DNA from: an uncultured Nitrospiraceae bacterium
GTDB taxonomy: Bacteria > Nitrospirota > Thermodesulfovibrionia > Thermodesulfovibrionales > SM23-35
Length of the DNA stretch: 64,000 nucleotides
Reading direction: 5' to 3'
Assembly (NCBI GenBank): GCA_963727775.1
Contig: CAVSHB010000001.1
Location: 1,280,001 to 1,344,000, forward strand
Shown: positions 28,795 through 39,956 of the stretch, one piece after another
Layout: each line of letters opens with the position of its first letter
Position numbering within the stretch: the first letter of the stretch is position 1
The notes under the pieces: model-generated
Seen by the model: the letters and a program-made list of their open reading frames with translations, nothing else
Database searches by the model: none
Told to the model about the DNA's origin: nothing
Program-made: the position numbers and the translations under genes

Positions 28795-29580
28795 TTAAAG
28801 ATAGTATATCAACCTGTTCCTATTCCTGCGGTAAATGACCCATCCCACAAGAAAAGAACCGGCTGAGAACAGTGTCCCTATAACAAAATGCTCGGTTTTT
28901 GTAATAGTGCCGTCGTAGAGACAGGCCCGGAAAAGGGATACGTAATGATAAAAAGGATTCAATGACATAATGGGTCGAAACCGTTCTGGAAGAACAGAAA
29001 TAGGATAGAAGAGGGGAGTGAGGTACATCCATGCCATCAGGATAACATCGTAAATATAGATGACATCATGAAAAAAAACAGCCAGCGTTGACACCATGAG
29101 GGATATCCCGAGCGAAAACATAAATACAAGGCAGAGAACGAACGGAAGCAGCAGGATGTCATAGCTGAGTTTCGTACCTGACAAAATAATGATGACAAAG
29201 AGCGGGGCAAGGGAAAAAAGAAAATGCACCATGGAACAGACAACAACCGAAAGAGGAAAGATCGCCTTTGGGAGGTACAACTTATTCAGGAGGTTGCGGC
29301 TTAGCAAAAATACCCCTCCTGATGTCTTCGTCCCCTGGGCAAAAAGTTGCCATAGGGTAATCCCCGACATGACATAGGCAGCATAATTTCCCACACTTGC
29401 TCCGAAAAGGCCATTGAATACCAAATAAAAGATAAGCATCATCAAAAGAGGGTCGAGCATAACCCAGAGAAAACCGAGGGCGGACCTCTTATACCTTTTC
29501 TTTATATCTCTCGATACGAGATTTCTTAGCAGCTCTTTGTATTTTACAATCTCTACGACTTCTTTAAAGCTTTCTACCAT
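28795..29580 (-). CDS. wzm: Polysaccharide ABC exporter permease (Wzm-like)
   Basis: 261 aa; RDIKKRYKRSALGFLWVMLDPL, WMYLTPLFYP, LNPF. Confidence 0.9.
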   Translation of the reverse strand: MVESFKEVVEIVKYKELLRNLVSRDIKKRYKRSALGFLWVMLDPLLMMLIFYLVFNGLFGASVGNYAAYVMSGITLWQLFAQGTKTSGGVFLLSRNLLNKLYLPKAIFPLSVVVCSMVHFLFSLAPLFVIIILSGTKLSYDILLLPFVLCLVFMFSLGISLMVSTLAVFFHDVIYIYDVILMAWMYLTPLFYPISVLPERFRPIMSLNPFYHYVSLFRACLYDGTITKTEHFVIGTLFSAGSFLVGWVIYRRNRNRLIYYL

Positions 29581-29645
29581 ACCTTTACCTTATGGTGTAT
29601 AAGATACTATAATTAACAATAATTTTAAAAGGACGCCGAAAAGAA

Positions 29646-30353
29646 TTGAAATCTTATTTGATCGTTATCCCTGCTTATAATGAAGAAGAGTATATCGCGA
29701 ACGTCCTTGACGGCGTCAGAAAAAGTAATCCCTCAGTTGATGTTCTGGTGGTGAACGACGGCTCTGCCGACAGAACGTCTGCGATATCAAAACAGGCAGG
29801 GGTTATGGTGTTGGACCTGCCTTTCAATATCGGCTACGGCGGGGCGGTCCAGACAGGCTTTCGCTTTGCAACGGAGTATGGATACGAATTTGTGGTCACC
29901 CTCGACGGAGATGCCCAGCACGACCCATATTTTATGAATAACCTTATGGAGACTATGGAAAGGGAAAAGGCGGATGTGGTTATCGGTTCCCGCTTTATCG
30001 AGGGTAATTACCATATGGGCATCTTCAGAAAGATGGGGGTCTGGCTTTTTTCTAAAATCGTCAGCTTCTATACCGGAACAAGCTTCACCGATCCTACCTC
30101 GGGTTTTCAACTCCTCAACAGAAGGATCTTTTCTTATCTCTCCGAGGGCGACAACTATCCTCTCGATTACCCTGATGTCAACATTATTATCGCCCTCCAT
30201 AAAATGAGATTTAAAGTGGTGGAGGCCCCGGTGAGGATGAAAGAAAAAAAGGGCAAGTCGATGCACCGGGGATTGAGGCCTATCGTTTATATGCTAAGGA
30301 TGTTCCTCGCCATTGTTATGGTATTACTGAGAAACGAGGAGAAACAACTATGA
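29646..30353 (+). CDS. DPM1-like GT2 glycosyltransferase
   Basis: 235 aa; IPAYNEE, VNDGSAD, DGDAQHDP, IGSRF, DPTSGF. Confidence 0.88.
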   Translation: MKSYLIVIPAYNEEEYIANVLDGVRKSNPSVDVLVVNDGSADRTSAISKQAGVMVLDLPFNIGYGGAVQTGFRFATEYGYEFVVTLDGDAQHDPYFMNNLMETMEREKADVVIGSRFIEGNYHMGIFRKMGVWLFSKIVSFYTGTSFTDPTSGFQLLNRRIFSYLSEGDNYPLDYPDVNIIIALHKMRFKVVEAPVRMKEKKGKSMHRGLRPIVYMLRMFLAIVMVLLRNEEKQL

Positions 30354-30712
30354 CCTTCGGTGTCAGATTATTCATTTTCCTGTCCGGCGTTATCTTATTT
30401 GCAACGATATTTGAACTCGTCAGGAGAAAAAAATTCAGAGAGGAATTGTCACTCGGCTGGCTGCTCGTCGGGATCGGCCTGATCCTGAGCTCCTTCGCCG
30501 ATCTGATTATAGACCCCCTTGCCTTTAAGCTCGGCGTCAGTTATCCGCCGGCGCTCGCTTTTATAATCGTTGTCCTTCTTCTGGTCCTGGTCATGCTCTA
30601 CTTTTCTCTAGCCGTGTCCGATTTAAAGTGCAGGACCAAAGAGTTAAGTCAGAAGATAGCCTTAATGGAATACAAACTTCGCAAGGTTTATAAAGAAGAA
30701 GAGGACCGCTGA
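30350..30712 (+). CDS. DUF2304-like small membrane protein
   Basis: 120 aa, three hydrophobic helices, LGVSYPP, C-terminal ELSQKIAL; typical partner of the preceding GT2. Confidence 0.75.
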   Translation: MTFGVRLFIFLSGVILFATIFELVRRKKFREELSLGWLLVGIGLILSSFADLIIDPLAFKLGVSYPPALAFIIVVLLLVLVMLYFSLAVSDLKCRTKELSQKIALMEYKLRKVYKEEEDR

Positions 30713-30840
30713 TTCATCCCGCTTGCCGATTAATGCTCTTTACTCTGGAAAAGTTAAGAGATCAAATTGGCCGTGGCCCTGCAAGTATAGAAAAATACTA
30801 CGGGTAATAGCTCCTGGGGGTAATGTTTTGGAATTCGAAA

Positions 30841-32612
<1,772 letters not shown>

Positions 32613-32775
32613 GCAAGACGCCTGAACGTGGGTATTTTTCAACTGACTAATTAATGAAAATACTTGCTTCATCAAACATTTCAGACTCATAATATTTCTA
32701 ACGCATATTATTCATGAATTTTTTGATGTATATGGCGGATATACTGTTTTCGCTCAATTGATATTTGGTAGGATT

Positions 32776-33516
32776 ATGGATGAATTAATTTATCATACAC
32801 AACGTAGCATTAAACTTGCCTATTTAGGAGTTTCGAATTTATCTAAGGACATATTCTATTTAGACGGTATGTCTAGTCCTAAGGTAAGGGCTTTTCTTAA
32901 TAATCTATGCGAAAGAGAAGGCACAAGATATCTCGAAATAGGATCATGGAAAGGGTCAACTCTCATTAGTGCATTATATGCTAATGAGCAAATGGTAGAT
33001 TTAGCCATTGGAATTGATAATTTCACCGAATTTGCCGACTTAGGGACTACTATAAACCTTATCAGTATCTCTCAAGACACTCTTGACCGAAGAAGATCTC
33101 CACAGCAAAAACATCCACGTGAGTGTTGTAGAGAAAATATTGATAGATTTTTGAGAAAACCGCTAAACTTACATTTCTACGATAATGACTGTTTTTCATC
33201 AGTGTTTATAGATGCACTTAAGCAACACCATCCGCAGGCGCACATCAATGTATATTTATTTGATGGTGAACACACTGAATCATCTCAATATTCAGGTTTC
33301 ACAGAATACGATTTCATATTAGATGATACATTCATTGCTATTATTGATGACTGGAACTGGGAGGAAGTTAAGGTTGGCACACGCAGAGCATTCGCTGATT
33401 TAAGATACAAAGTTCTAAAGGAGTGGGAGTTGCCAGGTAAAGGCACCAATGATATAGAAAACTGGTGGAATGGGTTATACGTAGCTGTTGTACAGAAGAT
33501 AAAGGAAAGACAATAA
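32776..33516 (+). CDS. Class I SAM-dependent methyltransferase (Methyltransf_24-like), AT-rich
   Basis: YLEIGSWKGST, YLFDGEH, IIDDWNW, WWNG. Confidence 0.75.
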   Translation: MDELIYHTQRSIKLAYLGVSNLSKDIFYLDGMSSPKVRAFLNNLCEREGTRYLEIGSWKGSTLISALYANEQMVDLAIGIDNFTEFADLGTTINLISISQDTLDRRRSPQQKHPRECCRENIDRFLRKPLNLHFYDNDCFSSVFIDALKQHHPQAHINVYLFDGEHTESSQYSGFTEYDFILDDTFIAIIDDWNWEEVKVGTRRAFADLRYKVLKEWELPGKGTNDIENWWNGLYVAVVQKIKERQ

Positions 33517-33877
33517 AAGTCCTATTCAATCTCGGGACACACTGTGTTGAATCTCGAAGAAGAATCGCTGGACGCTGGATTTTTGAGGATGCATATGATG
33601 AGAATCCTGACTCCAGAATACCTTTGGACATTTTATCTTTACAAATTCATTGAGCATTCCAATTCTGTACAGTTCTGCTATAAATTGAGACTGCTGAAAA
33701 AATTCTTTAGAGTTCCTCTATTTTTATTCTCTCTATTTTTTTTTAAAACATATCCATTAGCATTGTGAATCTCTGGATATGTTCGATGAGGAATCAACTG
33801 AGGCGAAAATCCCATAGCGACATAAGAATTAAAAAGCCGAAAATTACTTTATAATCAAATTGCGCAACTTGAAACCA

Positions 33878-33904
33878 CTGGATTTCCGTTTCCACCGGAA
33901 TGAC
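33878..33904 (+). repeat. REP/dRS3-like palindromic half-element
   Basis: ctggatttccgtttccaccggaatgac resembles the widespread CTGGATTCC..GGAATGAC palindromic repeat; single degenerate copy. Confidence 0.35.
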
Positions 33905-33966
33905 GACCTTTGCACCATAGAACTTTATAAACAAGCTCTAAATAAAATAACGGCCAAGACGGTTCA

Positions 33967-34848
33967 CTACATGGCCTTTTTCATTTGCTCAAGGTTGTAC
34001 TTCATGAGGCCTAAATACGTGTCACGCCCCGGAAGCCCGCCTTCAGGGTCAAGCATGATAACCTTCACCCCGGCCTCGCGCGCTATAACCTCGGCGGCTT
34101 TGGGATTAAACTGCGCTTCGGCAAAGACCGCTCTGATATGATAGTCCTTAATGGATTTTACAATCGCCTGTAGTTTCCTGGGTGTCGGCTCTTTGCCGGG
34201 CGATTCCTCTATTACTCCAACACTCTGAAGACCGTAGCGCAGGGCAAAGTAATCCCAGGCGGGATGAAAGCTCACGAAATTCTTTATTCTGAAGCTCGCA
34301 ACGGTCTTTCTGATCTCAGCGTCGAGTGTCTGAAGCTTTAAAAGATACTCGGCGCTCCGCTTGCGGTAACTCTCTGCGCCCGGGGGGTCTGCTTCTTCGA
34401 GGACCTTCGCGATCTTTTTGACCATTATTGCGGCAAGATTCGGGTCGAGCCAGACATGGGGGTTGCCTATTTCGTGCTCGTGGCCATGTCCGCTTTCTTT
34501 CAGGAGTTTTAAACCTTCTGAAAGGATGATGACCCTGATATTTTCTTTTGATGTTTTCACGAGCTTTTCCGCCCAGAAATCGAGCCCTGCGCCTATCTCA
34601 AAAAAGAGTCTTGACTTTGATAGTGCCTTTGCGATCCCGAATGTCGGCTCAAAGACGTGAGGGCTTGCTCCCGGCGGCAGCAGCACCAGCACTTCCACAC
34701 GGTCACCGCCCACCTGTCTTACCATGTCTCCGATCGGAGAGATACTTGCGGCGACCTTCAACTGCTCTGCAAAGGCGCTTGAGACGCTCAGGATAAAGGT
34801 GAAGAGAAAAACAGTCATCAACGCTTGCCTTTTCATAACTTGCATCAT
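33967..34848 (-). CDS. Metal (Zn/Mn) ABC transporter substrate-binding protein, ZnuA-like
   Basis: Signal peptide; PGASPHVFEP, His-rich GHGHEH, NPHVWLDP, FHPAWDYFA. Confidence 0.9.
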   Translation of the reverse strand: MMQVMKRQALMTVFLFTFILSVSSAFAEQLKVAASISPIGDMVRQVGGDRVEVLVLLPPGASPHVFEPTFGIAKALSKSRLFFEIGAGLDFWAEKLVKTSKENIRVIILSEGLKLLKESGHGHEHEIGNPHVWLDPNLAAIMVKKIAKVLEEADPPGAESYRKRSAEYLLKLQTLDAEIRKTVASFRIKNFVSFHPAWDYFALRYGLQSVGVIEESPGKEPTPRKLQAIVKSIKDYHIRAVFAEAQFNPKAAEVIAREAGVKVIMLDPEGGLPGRDTYLGLMKYNLEQMKKAM

Positions 34849-35027
34849 TATAACAGGTTCAAAATATGTGCAGAAAGAATTATTTCAAACAGAGGCAGGC
34901 TATTTGCATTGAACCCTTATTTTGAAATCTGTTTGTGAAATGATAATATAAAATTACGTTTCCGGCATGTGGTAGTAATTTTTTCACATCTTGATTGATA
35001 ATTAATAAACACATCGGAGGAGTATAT

Positions 35028-35687
35028 ATGAGTGAAGGATCAAAAGGAGCTATTCTTCAGAGAGACAAAAAAACATATGCCATAGTGCCCAGAATCCCTA
35101 TGGGTATTCTGACCCCTGAGATTCTTGAGAAACTGGCAGAGGTCTCACGTAAATATAACGTGAGAATAATCAAGATAACCTCGGGACAGCGTATTGCGCT
35201 TGTCGGGGTAAACCCGGAGGATGTTGAGAAGGCATGGAAGGACCTCGGGACGGAAGTCGGCCCCGCGGAGGGATTGTGCGTTCATTATGTTCAGGCATGT
35301 CCCGGGACTTCAACCTGCAAGTTCGGCCAGGGGGATTCTCTCGGACTTGCCGCAAAGATCGAAAAGATGTATGTCGGCAAAGAGGGCGTTATCCCTGCCA
35401 AAACAAAATTCGGCATTTCGGGTTGCAGGCTTAACTGCGCTGAAAGTTATCTGAGAGACTTCGGGTTTTTTGCAGCGCCGGACGGGTGGGTCATTGTGGT
35501 GGGCGGCAATTCAGGCGGCAGGCCACGCATCGGTAATGTGGTTGCAGAAAAGCTTTCTGATGAGGAGGCCCTTGAACTGATAAAAAAATGCATCGATTAT
35601 TATGCAAAAAATGCTAAACCGAGAGAAAGAATGCCGCGTTTTATAGAGCGTACAGGGATAGAAGAGTTTAAAAAGGCGGTACTTTGA
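35028..35687 (+). CDS. Nitrite/sulfite reductase 4Fe-4S-domain protein
   Basis: AILQRDKKTYAIVPRIPMG, KITSGQRI, ACPGTSTCKFG, SGCRLNCAE; GGAGGAG RBS. Confidence 0.85.
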   Translation: MSEGSKGAILQRDKKTYAIVPRIPMGILTPEILEKLAEVSRKYNVRIIKITSGQRIALVGVNPEDVEKAWKDLGTEVGPAEGLCVHYVQACPGTSTCKFGQGDSLGLAAKIEKMYVGKEGVIPAKTKFGISGCRLNCAESYLRDFGFFAAPDGWVIVVGGNSGGRPRIGNVVAEKLSDEEALELIKKCIDYYAKNAKPRERMPRFIERTGIEEFKKAVL

Positions 35688-35691
35688 GCGG

Positions 35692-35852
35692 AATAATGGC
35701 AGGCATATATGCGGAAAAATCTTCACAAATCGCAATTTGACTCTGATGGAAACCTGTCCATATAACGAAAATCCGAAGGCATTTCCATCGGGATTTGTCT
35801 TGCAAAGGTGGCGAAGTAAATCTTTTTCCGCACATCTGCCTGCCATATTATT
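35692..35852. repeat. ~160-nt long imperfect inverted repeat (MITE-like or structured RNA) between convergent genes
   Basis: Arms 35696-35719 and 35823-35846 match at 22/24; inner stem gatggaaa (35745-52) / tttccatc (35782-89). Confidence 0.7.
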
Positions 35853-35872
35853 TTGGAATAAAATATTCTGGG

Positions 35873-36205
35873 TTAACGTCTGCGGCGGGTTGATTCTTTC
35901 TTGAAACCGTCGATGAAGTGTGAAAGCGCTAACAATGGATGTCGGTACACTGTTCGGGGACCGGAGTATCTCATCACTTCTTTAATTTTTTCTCTCATAA
36001 CCGGCTTATAACAATGTATCCTGCAGTTTCCGCATGATGTTTTGCCTTCCTGAAAAGGACATCTGTCAAGCCTTTGCTTTGCATAATCAAGAAGTTCTCT
36101 GCAATCGGTACAGAGTTCGTTACGGGTTTCATGCCGGTTATGGCAATAGATTTTCAGCATTGCCTTAACAGTACTTCTCTCCCTCGTCATTCTGCTTTTT
36201 TTCAT
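35873..36205 (-). CDS. YgbA-like (nitrous oxide-stimulated promoter family) Cys-rich protein
   Basis: IYCHNRH, CTDCRELLDYA..RLDRCP, CGNCRIHCY, VMRYSGPR..HP. Confidence 0.88.
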   Translation of the reverse strand: MKKSRMTRERSTVKAMLKIYCHNRHETRNELCTDCRELLDYAKQRLDRCPFQEGKTSCGNCRIHCYKPVMREKIKEVMRYSGPRTVYRHPLLALSHFIDGFKKESTRRRR

Positions 36206-36214
36206 GGAGGGCCG

Positions 36215-38623
36215 CTAACTGTAGAGTAAATATTTCGATCTTATTTTTTTAAAATGATTAAGGTCCTTCTGCCATTCAAGAAGGATGGAATGCGGGTCTT
36301 GATTATTCTTGATTTCCTGTAGGATCTGCTGCGATCCGATCAGGCCGACGGTTTTATTGAGCTGGAAATTTTTCGGATAAAGTTTGGCGAGAGCGCTGAT
36401 AATTTCGATTCCAAGGACAGTGGGATCGAGTGAAAAGCGGTCTTTCAGTATGATGCGAACACCATGGCATTTCTTTTTCCCCAATTTATCATTTTTAGGC
36501 ATAAAATCAACAGGCGTAAAGCTTATGCCTGCGATCTTTCGTTTGTTCAGGTAGAAGGCGAGTTTTTTGGACTGGATCCAGGGAGCGCCGACGACCTCAA
36601 ATGGGGTATTCGTACCTCTGCCTACGCTCACATTTGAGCCTTCAGCCAGCGCTACTCCGGGATAGAGAATTGCCTCTTTCAGATTGCGCACGTTCGGTGA
36701 CGGATTCACCCAGGGCAGACCTGTTTCATCATACCAGTATGAACGCCTGTAGCCGTTCATTTTAATAACATGTACTTTCGCGCCGATCTTATTTTCGGCA
36801 TTGAACATCTCCGCCAATTCACCCACTGTCATACCGTGACGGACAGGGAGTGGAAAGTATCCGGTAAATGATTTCATTCGTTCATCCATAATCGGGCCCT
36901 GAACATATAAGGCATTGAGGGGATTCGGACGGTCGAGAACGTAAAAGGCTATTCCCTTTCTTGCGGCGGCTTCCATTGCATAGGCCATTGTGGTGATATA
37001 GGTATAAAAACGTACGCCTATGTCCTGGACATCGAAGACCAGAGCGTCAAGACCGTCAAGCATTTCTTCTGAAGGACGCAGGGTCTTGCCATATAAGCTG
37101 TAAACAGGCAACCCCGTAATGGAATCCATGGTTGATGACACTTTTTTATCAGAGTTGCCGGACAGGCCGTGTTCCGGACTGAACAATGCCACAAGCTTTA
37201 TGCCCGGTGCTTTATAAAGCAGGTCCGCAGTACGTCTCCCTGCAAAATCAATCCCGGAATGATTTGTGATAAGACCGATGCGAAGTCCGTCGAGAGGCTT
37301 AAATTCTTCTTTCTCTAATACATCGATCCCGCTCGCAACCTTACTGTTGTGCGTTTTATTTAACCGGCTGTTTTTTGAAATCTCAGAATAATTTATCAAG
37401 GACGGTATGCATGCAAGAACTCTATCTTCCGTGAGATGTCCCCGGGTCTTCGAGACCAAAGATATAATTTCTCTGCGCAACGGGTCCGCATCACCTTTTC
37501 CGTTTGGGTGGACTCTATTGGTAAGGATGATAATATAAGTGTCCGTGACAGGGTCAATCCATATTAGAGTACCTGTGAAGCCTTTATGCCCGTAAGAACC
37601 TGCCGGGAATAATTCATCGCGGTTGGAGGCAAATGGAGAAGCAATGTTCCAGCCCAGGCCCCTCAGAGGTGTCTTGCCCGGCGGAGAATGGGGCATTGTC
37701 ATCTGCTCAACCATGTGGGGACCAAGTATCTTTACGCCGTTAAAAGATCCTCCGGCCAGGAGCATTCTTGCAAAGGTAGAGAGGTCGTCAGCAGTAGAAA
37801 AAAGCCCGGCGTGGCCTGCTACGCCCCCCATCCTGTTACAGGCGGGATCGTGTGCTTCACCCTGGAGCAATTCTCCTGAGTGTCCGTTTCTGTATTGGGT
37901 TGGAGCTATGCGGTTTCGTTGAGACAGGGCAGGGCTGAAGGAAGTGTCTTTCATCCCGAGGGGTTTGAAAATATGCTCTGAGCAGTACGCATCCAACGGC
38001 ATACCGGAAACTCTGCGGACGAGTTCGCCGAGAATCTCGAAATTGATGTCACTGTAAACAAAACCGGTACCTGGAGGTGAGAGAGGCTTTTCTTCAACGA
38101 TCATATTCAGTGCCGTGTCATATCCCTGCAATTCCGGCTTAAGATCAAGATCAGGCCGGAGTCCCGAATAATGGGTAAGAAGTTCCATCACCGTAATCCT
38201 GTCCTTGCCGTTGACCTTAAACTCCGGCCAGTATTTTGCAACAGGTTTTTCCAATTGTAGTTTTCCATCCTCTACAAGCTGCATTACTGCCGTAGTGGTG
38301 GCGATTACCTTTGTAAGGGAGGCCAGGTCAAAGATGGTATTTTCAGTCATGGGCGATTTTTTTGGTTTGGTTGCCTTATTGCCGAATGCCTTGCGGTAAA
38401 GTACTTTGTTGCGATTGCCGATAAGGACAACAGCTCCCGGTATTCTGCCTTTTCGAATTTCTCTATTGACAATAGCGGAGATCGGCGTCAATTGCTTTGT
38501 CCGCAGGGTCGGAACAACATGAATAATATCTTCTTTCGCCTGAGCAAAAGATGCGTACATAACAACTGTTACAATGAGTGCGCAAAATATTAACGTCAGG
38601 AAAATGTGGCGCGCCCGTTTCAT
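36215..38623 (-). CDS. Beta-lactamase-family serine hydrolase fused to DUF1343/NamZ exo-beta-N-acetylmuramidase
   Basis: N-terminal DLASLTK (SxxK), YSD, GHKGFTG; C-terminal GIDVL, FSPEHG, DVQDIGVRFYTY, LDRPNP, RHGMTVGELA, PSPN. Confidence 0.88.
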   Translation of the reverse strand: MKRARHIFLTLIFCALIVTVVMYASFAQAKEDIIHVVPTLRTKQLTPISAIVNREIRKGRIPGAVVLIGNRNKVLYRKAFGNKATKPKKSPMTENTIFDLASLTKVIATTTAVMQLVEDGKLQLEKPVAKYWPEFKVNGKDRITVMELLTHYSGLRPDLDLKPELQGYDTALNMIVEEKPLSPPGTGFVYSDINFEILGELVRRVSGMPLDAYCSEHIFKPLGMKDTSFSPALSQRNRIAPTQYRNGHSGELLQGEAHDPACNRMGGVAGHAGLFSTADDLSTFARMLLAGGSFNGVKILGPHMVEQMTMPHSPPGKTPLRGLGWNIASPFASNRDELFPAGSYGHKGFTGTLIWIDPVTDTYIIILTNRVHPNGKGDADPLRREIISLVSKTRGHLTEDRVLACIPSLINYSEISKNSRLNKTHNSKVASGIDVLEKEEFKPLDGLRIGLITNHSGIDFAGRRTADLLYKAPGIKLVALFSPEHGLSGNSDKKVSSTMDSITGLPVYSLYGKTLRPSEEMLDGLDALVFDVQDIGVRFYTYITTMAYAMEAAARKGIAFYVLDRPNPLNALYVQGPIMDERMKSFTGYFPLPVRHGMTVGELAEMFNAENKIGAKVHVIKMNGYRRSYWYDETGLPWVNPSPNVRNLKEAILYPGVALAEGSNVSVGRGTNTPFEVVGAPWIQSKKLAFYLNKRKIAGISFTPVDFMPKNDKLGKKKCHGVRIILKDRFSLDPTVLGIEIISALAKLYPKNFQLNKTVGLIGSQQILQEIKNNQDPHSILLEWQKDLNHFKKIRSKYLLYS

Positions 38624-38630
38624 TTTATTT

Positions 38631-39932
38631 TTAGGGCTTGGCATCCTTATGTCCACGTTTTTTCAACCCGTCTGAAGAATAAATGTTATGAGGGTTCCAG
38701 AGCATCCAGCCGTCAGAGCCGAACTTTTCAGCGGCGTTAATCTGGTCGCGTATCTCCTTGCCTGTAAAGTGCCTTCTGTCAAAGGCATAGTCCCTGAATG
38801 CCTGCAGCCATGGCCTGAAACGGACCGCCGGCAGGTTAACTCTTTCCTGTGCCCTATTGAGTGTAAGAAAAACGATCTCATAAGGATGTGCAACAGGATT
38901 TCTGTATTGTGGTATTCCGTACTGGAACCCTGAAGGATAAAGCATTAGAGACATGTACTCAAGCGTCGCTGCAAGGTCTTCAATCCTCTGGCCGATCTTT
39001 GTATCATTTTGATTCCACGATACATATCCGAATATATCGGCATCAAGAAAAACATTATAGGGAGCAAGCCTTCTTTTTGCTTCCGCTAGAAATCCGTAAA
39101 TGGCCTTCACCCTGCTTTCCTCCGTACTTTCCTGAGAAAACTTGAGTCCGCCGGCGTCGGGAAACCGCACATAATCAAACTGTATCTCATCAAACCCGTA
39201 CCGGGCCGCCTCAACAGCGATATCTATATTATAATCCCAAACCTTTGTTTTAAACGGGTCAACCCACGCAAGGGTTTCCCTGTCCTGCCATATCCGGCCG
39301 TCTTTGTGAATAGCCAGTTCAGGCTTTGCAAGGGCCAATGGATTATCTTTGAACACAACAATACGCGCTATTGTATAAATACCTTTTTCCCGCAAAGATT
39401 TTATCAGACCTTTCATGTCTTTTACTGTTGTTATTTTCTGGGCGCCGATTTCCGAGGCAAGGGGTACGGAGCTCTTAAAAGGTATAAAACCTCTGTCCCC
39501 TTTTATATCAATAACAAGGGCGTTGAGTTCGGTCTCTTCAATGAGCTTTAGCGCAGCCTCACGAAGCTTTTTGCTTCCAACGCCATAAACGGTAAGATAG
39601 AGTGCTTTCGGAGTAAATGGCACAAGCTTTATCTCAAGACGCGTAGTAACGAGAGGCGTGGCGATAACCTGCTCTGCTCTCAAGTATCCATAAGCTCTTA
39701 CCGCTATCTTTGCCCCAGTTGTTTTGAAGACGAACATGCCTTTTTCATCGGTAGTTACAACCTGGCTATTCATAGTGACGATAGCGCCGCCTATCGGCCT
39801 GTTCGTAAAATAATCGACTACTCTGCCGCTTGTGTAAGTTACGGCGGCAACGGGTTTCGTTGCACATGCCACAGACATGAATAAGGACATGAGAGCTAAA
39901 ACGAACGTGAAGACTTTGAGTTTGTTATTCAT
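38631..39932 (-). CDS. Putative glycoside hydrolase lipoprotein (DUF4015-like) with N-terminal beta-sandwich
   Basis: Lipobox-like SVAC; LNALVIDIKGDRG, IARIVVFKD, GFDEIQFDYVRFPD, MLYPSG, RPWLQAF, WMLWNP. Confidence 0.8.
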   Translation of the reverse strand: MNNKLKVFTFVLALMSLFMSVACATKPVAAVTYTSGRVVDYFTNRPIGGAIVTMNSQVVTTDEKGMFVFKTTGAKIAVRAYGYLRAEQVIATPLVTTRLEIKLVPFTPKALYLTVYGVGSKKLREAALKLIEETELNALVIDIKGDRGFIPFKSSVPLASEIGAQKITTVKDMKGLIKSLREKGIYTIARIVVFKDNPLALAKPELAIHKDGRIWQDRETLAWVDPFKTKVWDYNIDIAVEAARYGFDEIQFDYVRFPDAGGLKFSQESTEESRVKAIYGFLAEAKRRLAPYNVFLDADIFGYVSWNQNDTKIGQRIEDLAATLEYMSLMLYPSGFQYGIPQYRNPVAHPYEIVFLTLNRAQERVNLPAVRFRPWLQAFRDYAFDRRHFTGKEIRDQINAAEKFGSDGWMLWNPHNIYSSDGLKKRGHKDAKP

Positions 39933-39956
39933 TTTTTCCTGATTTATACCTTTCTG

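Noticed and set aside
33465..33768. Short ORFs after the AT-rich methyltransferase (possible FkbM-like remnant, LGTHCVES..GRWIFEDAY)
   Set aside because: Similarity is too weak to support by eye; no clear start or RBS
35692..35852. 6S RNA call for the long hairpin
   Set aside because: The rod shape is suggestive, but I could not identify conserved 6S sequence or its usual gene context; left as an unassigned inverted repeat
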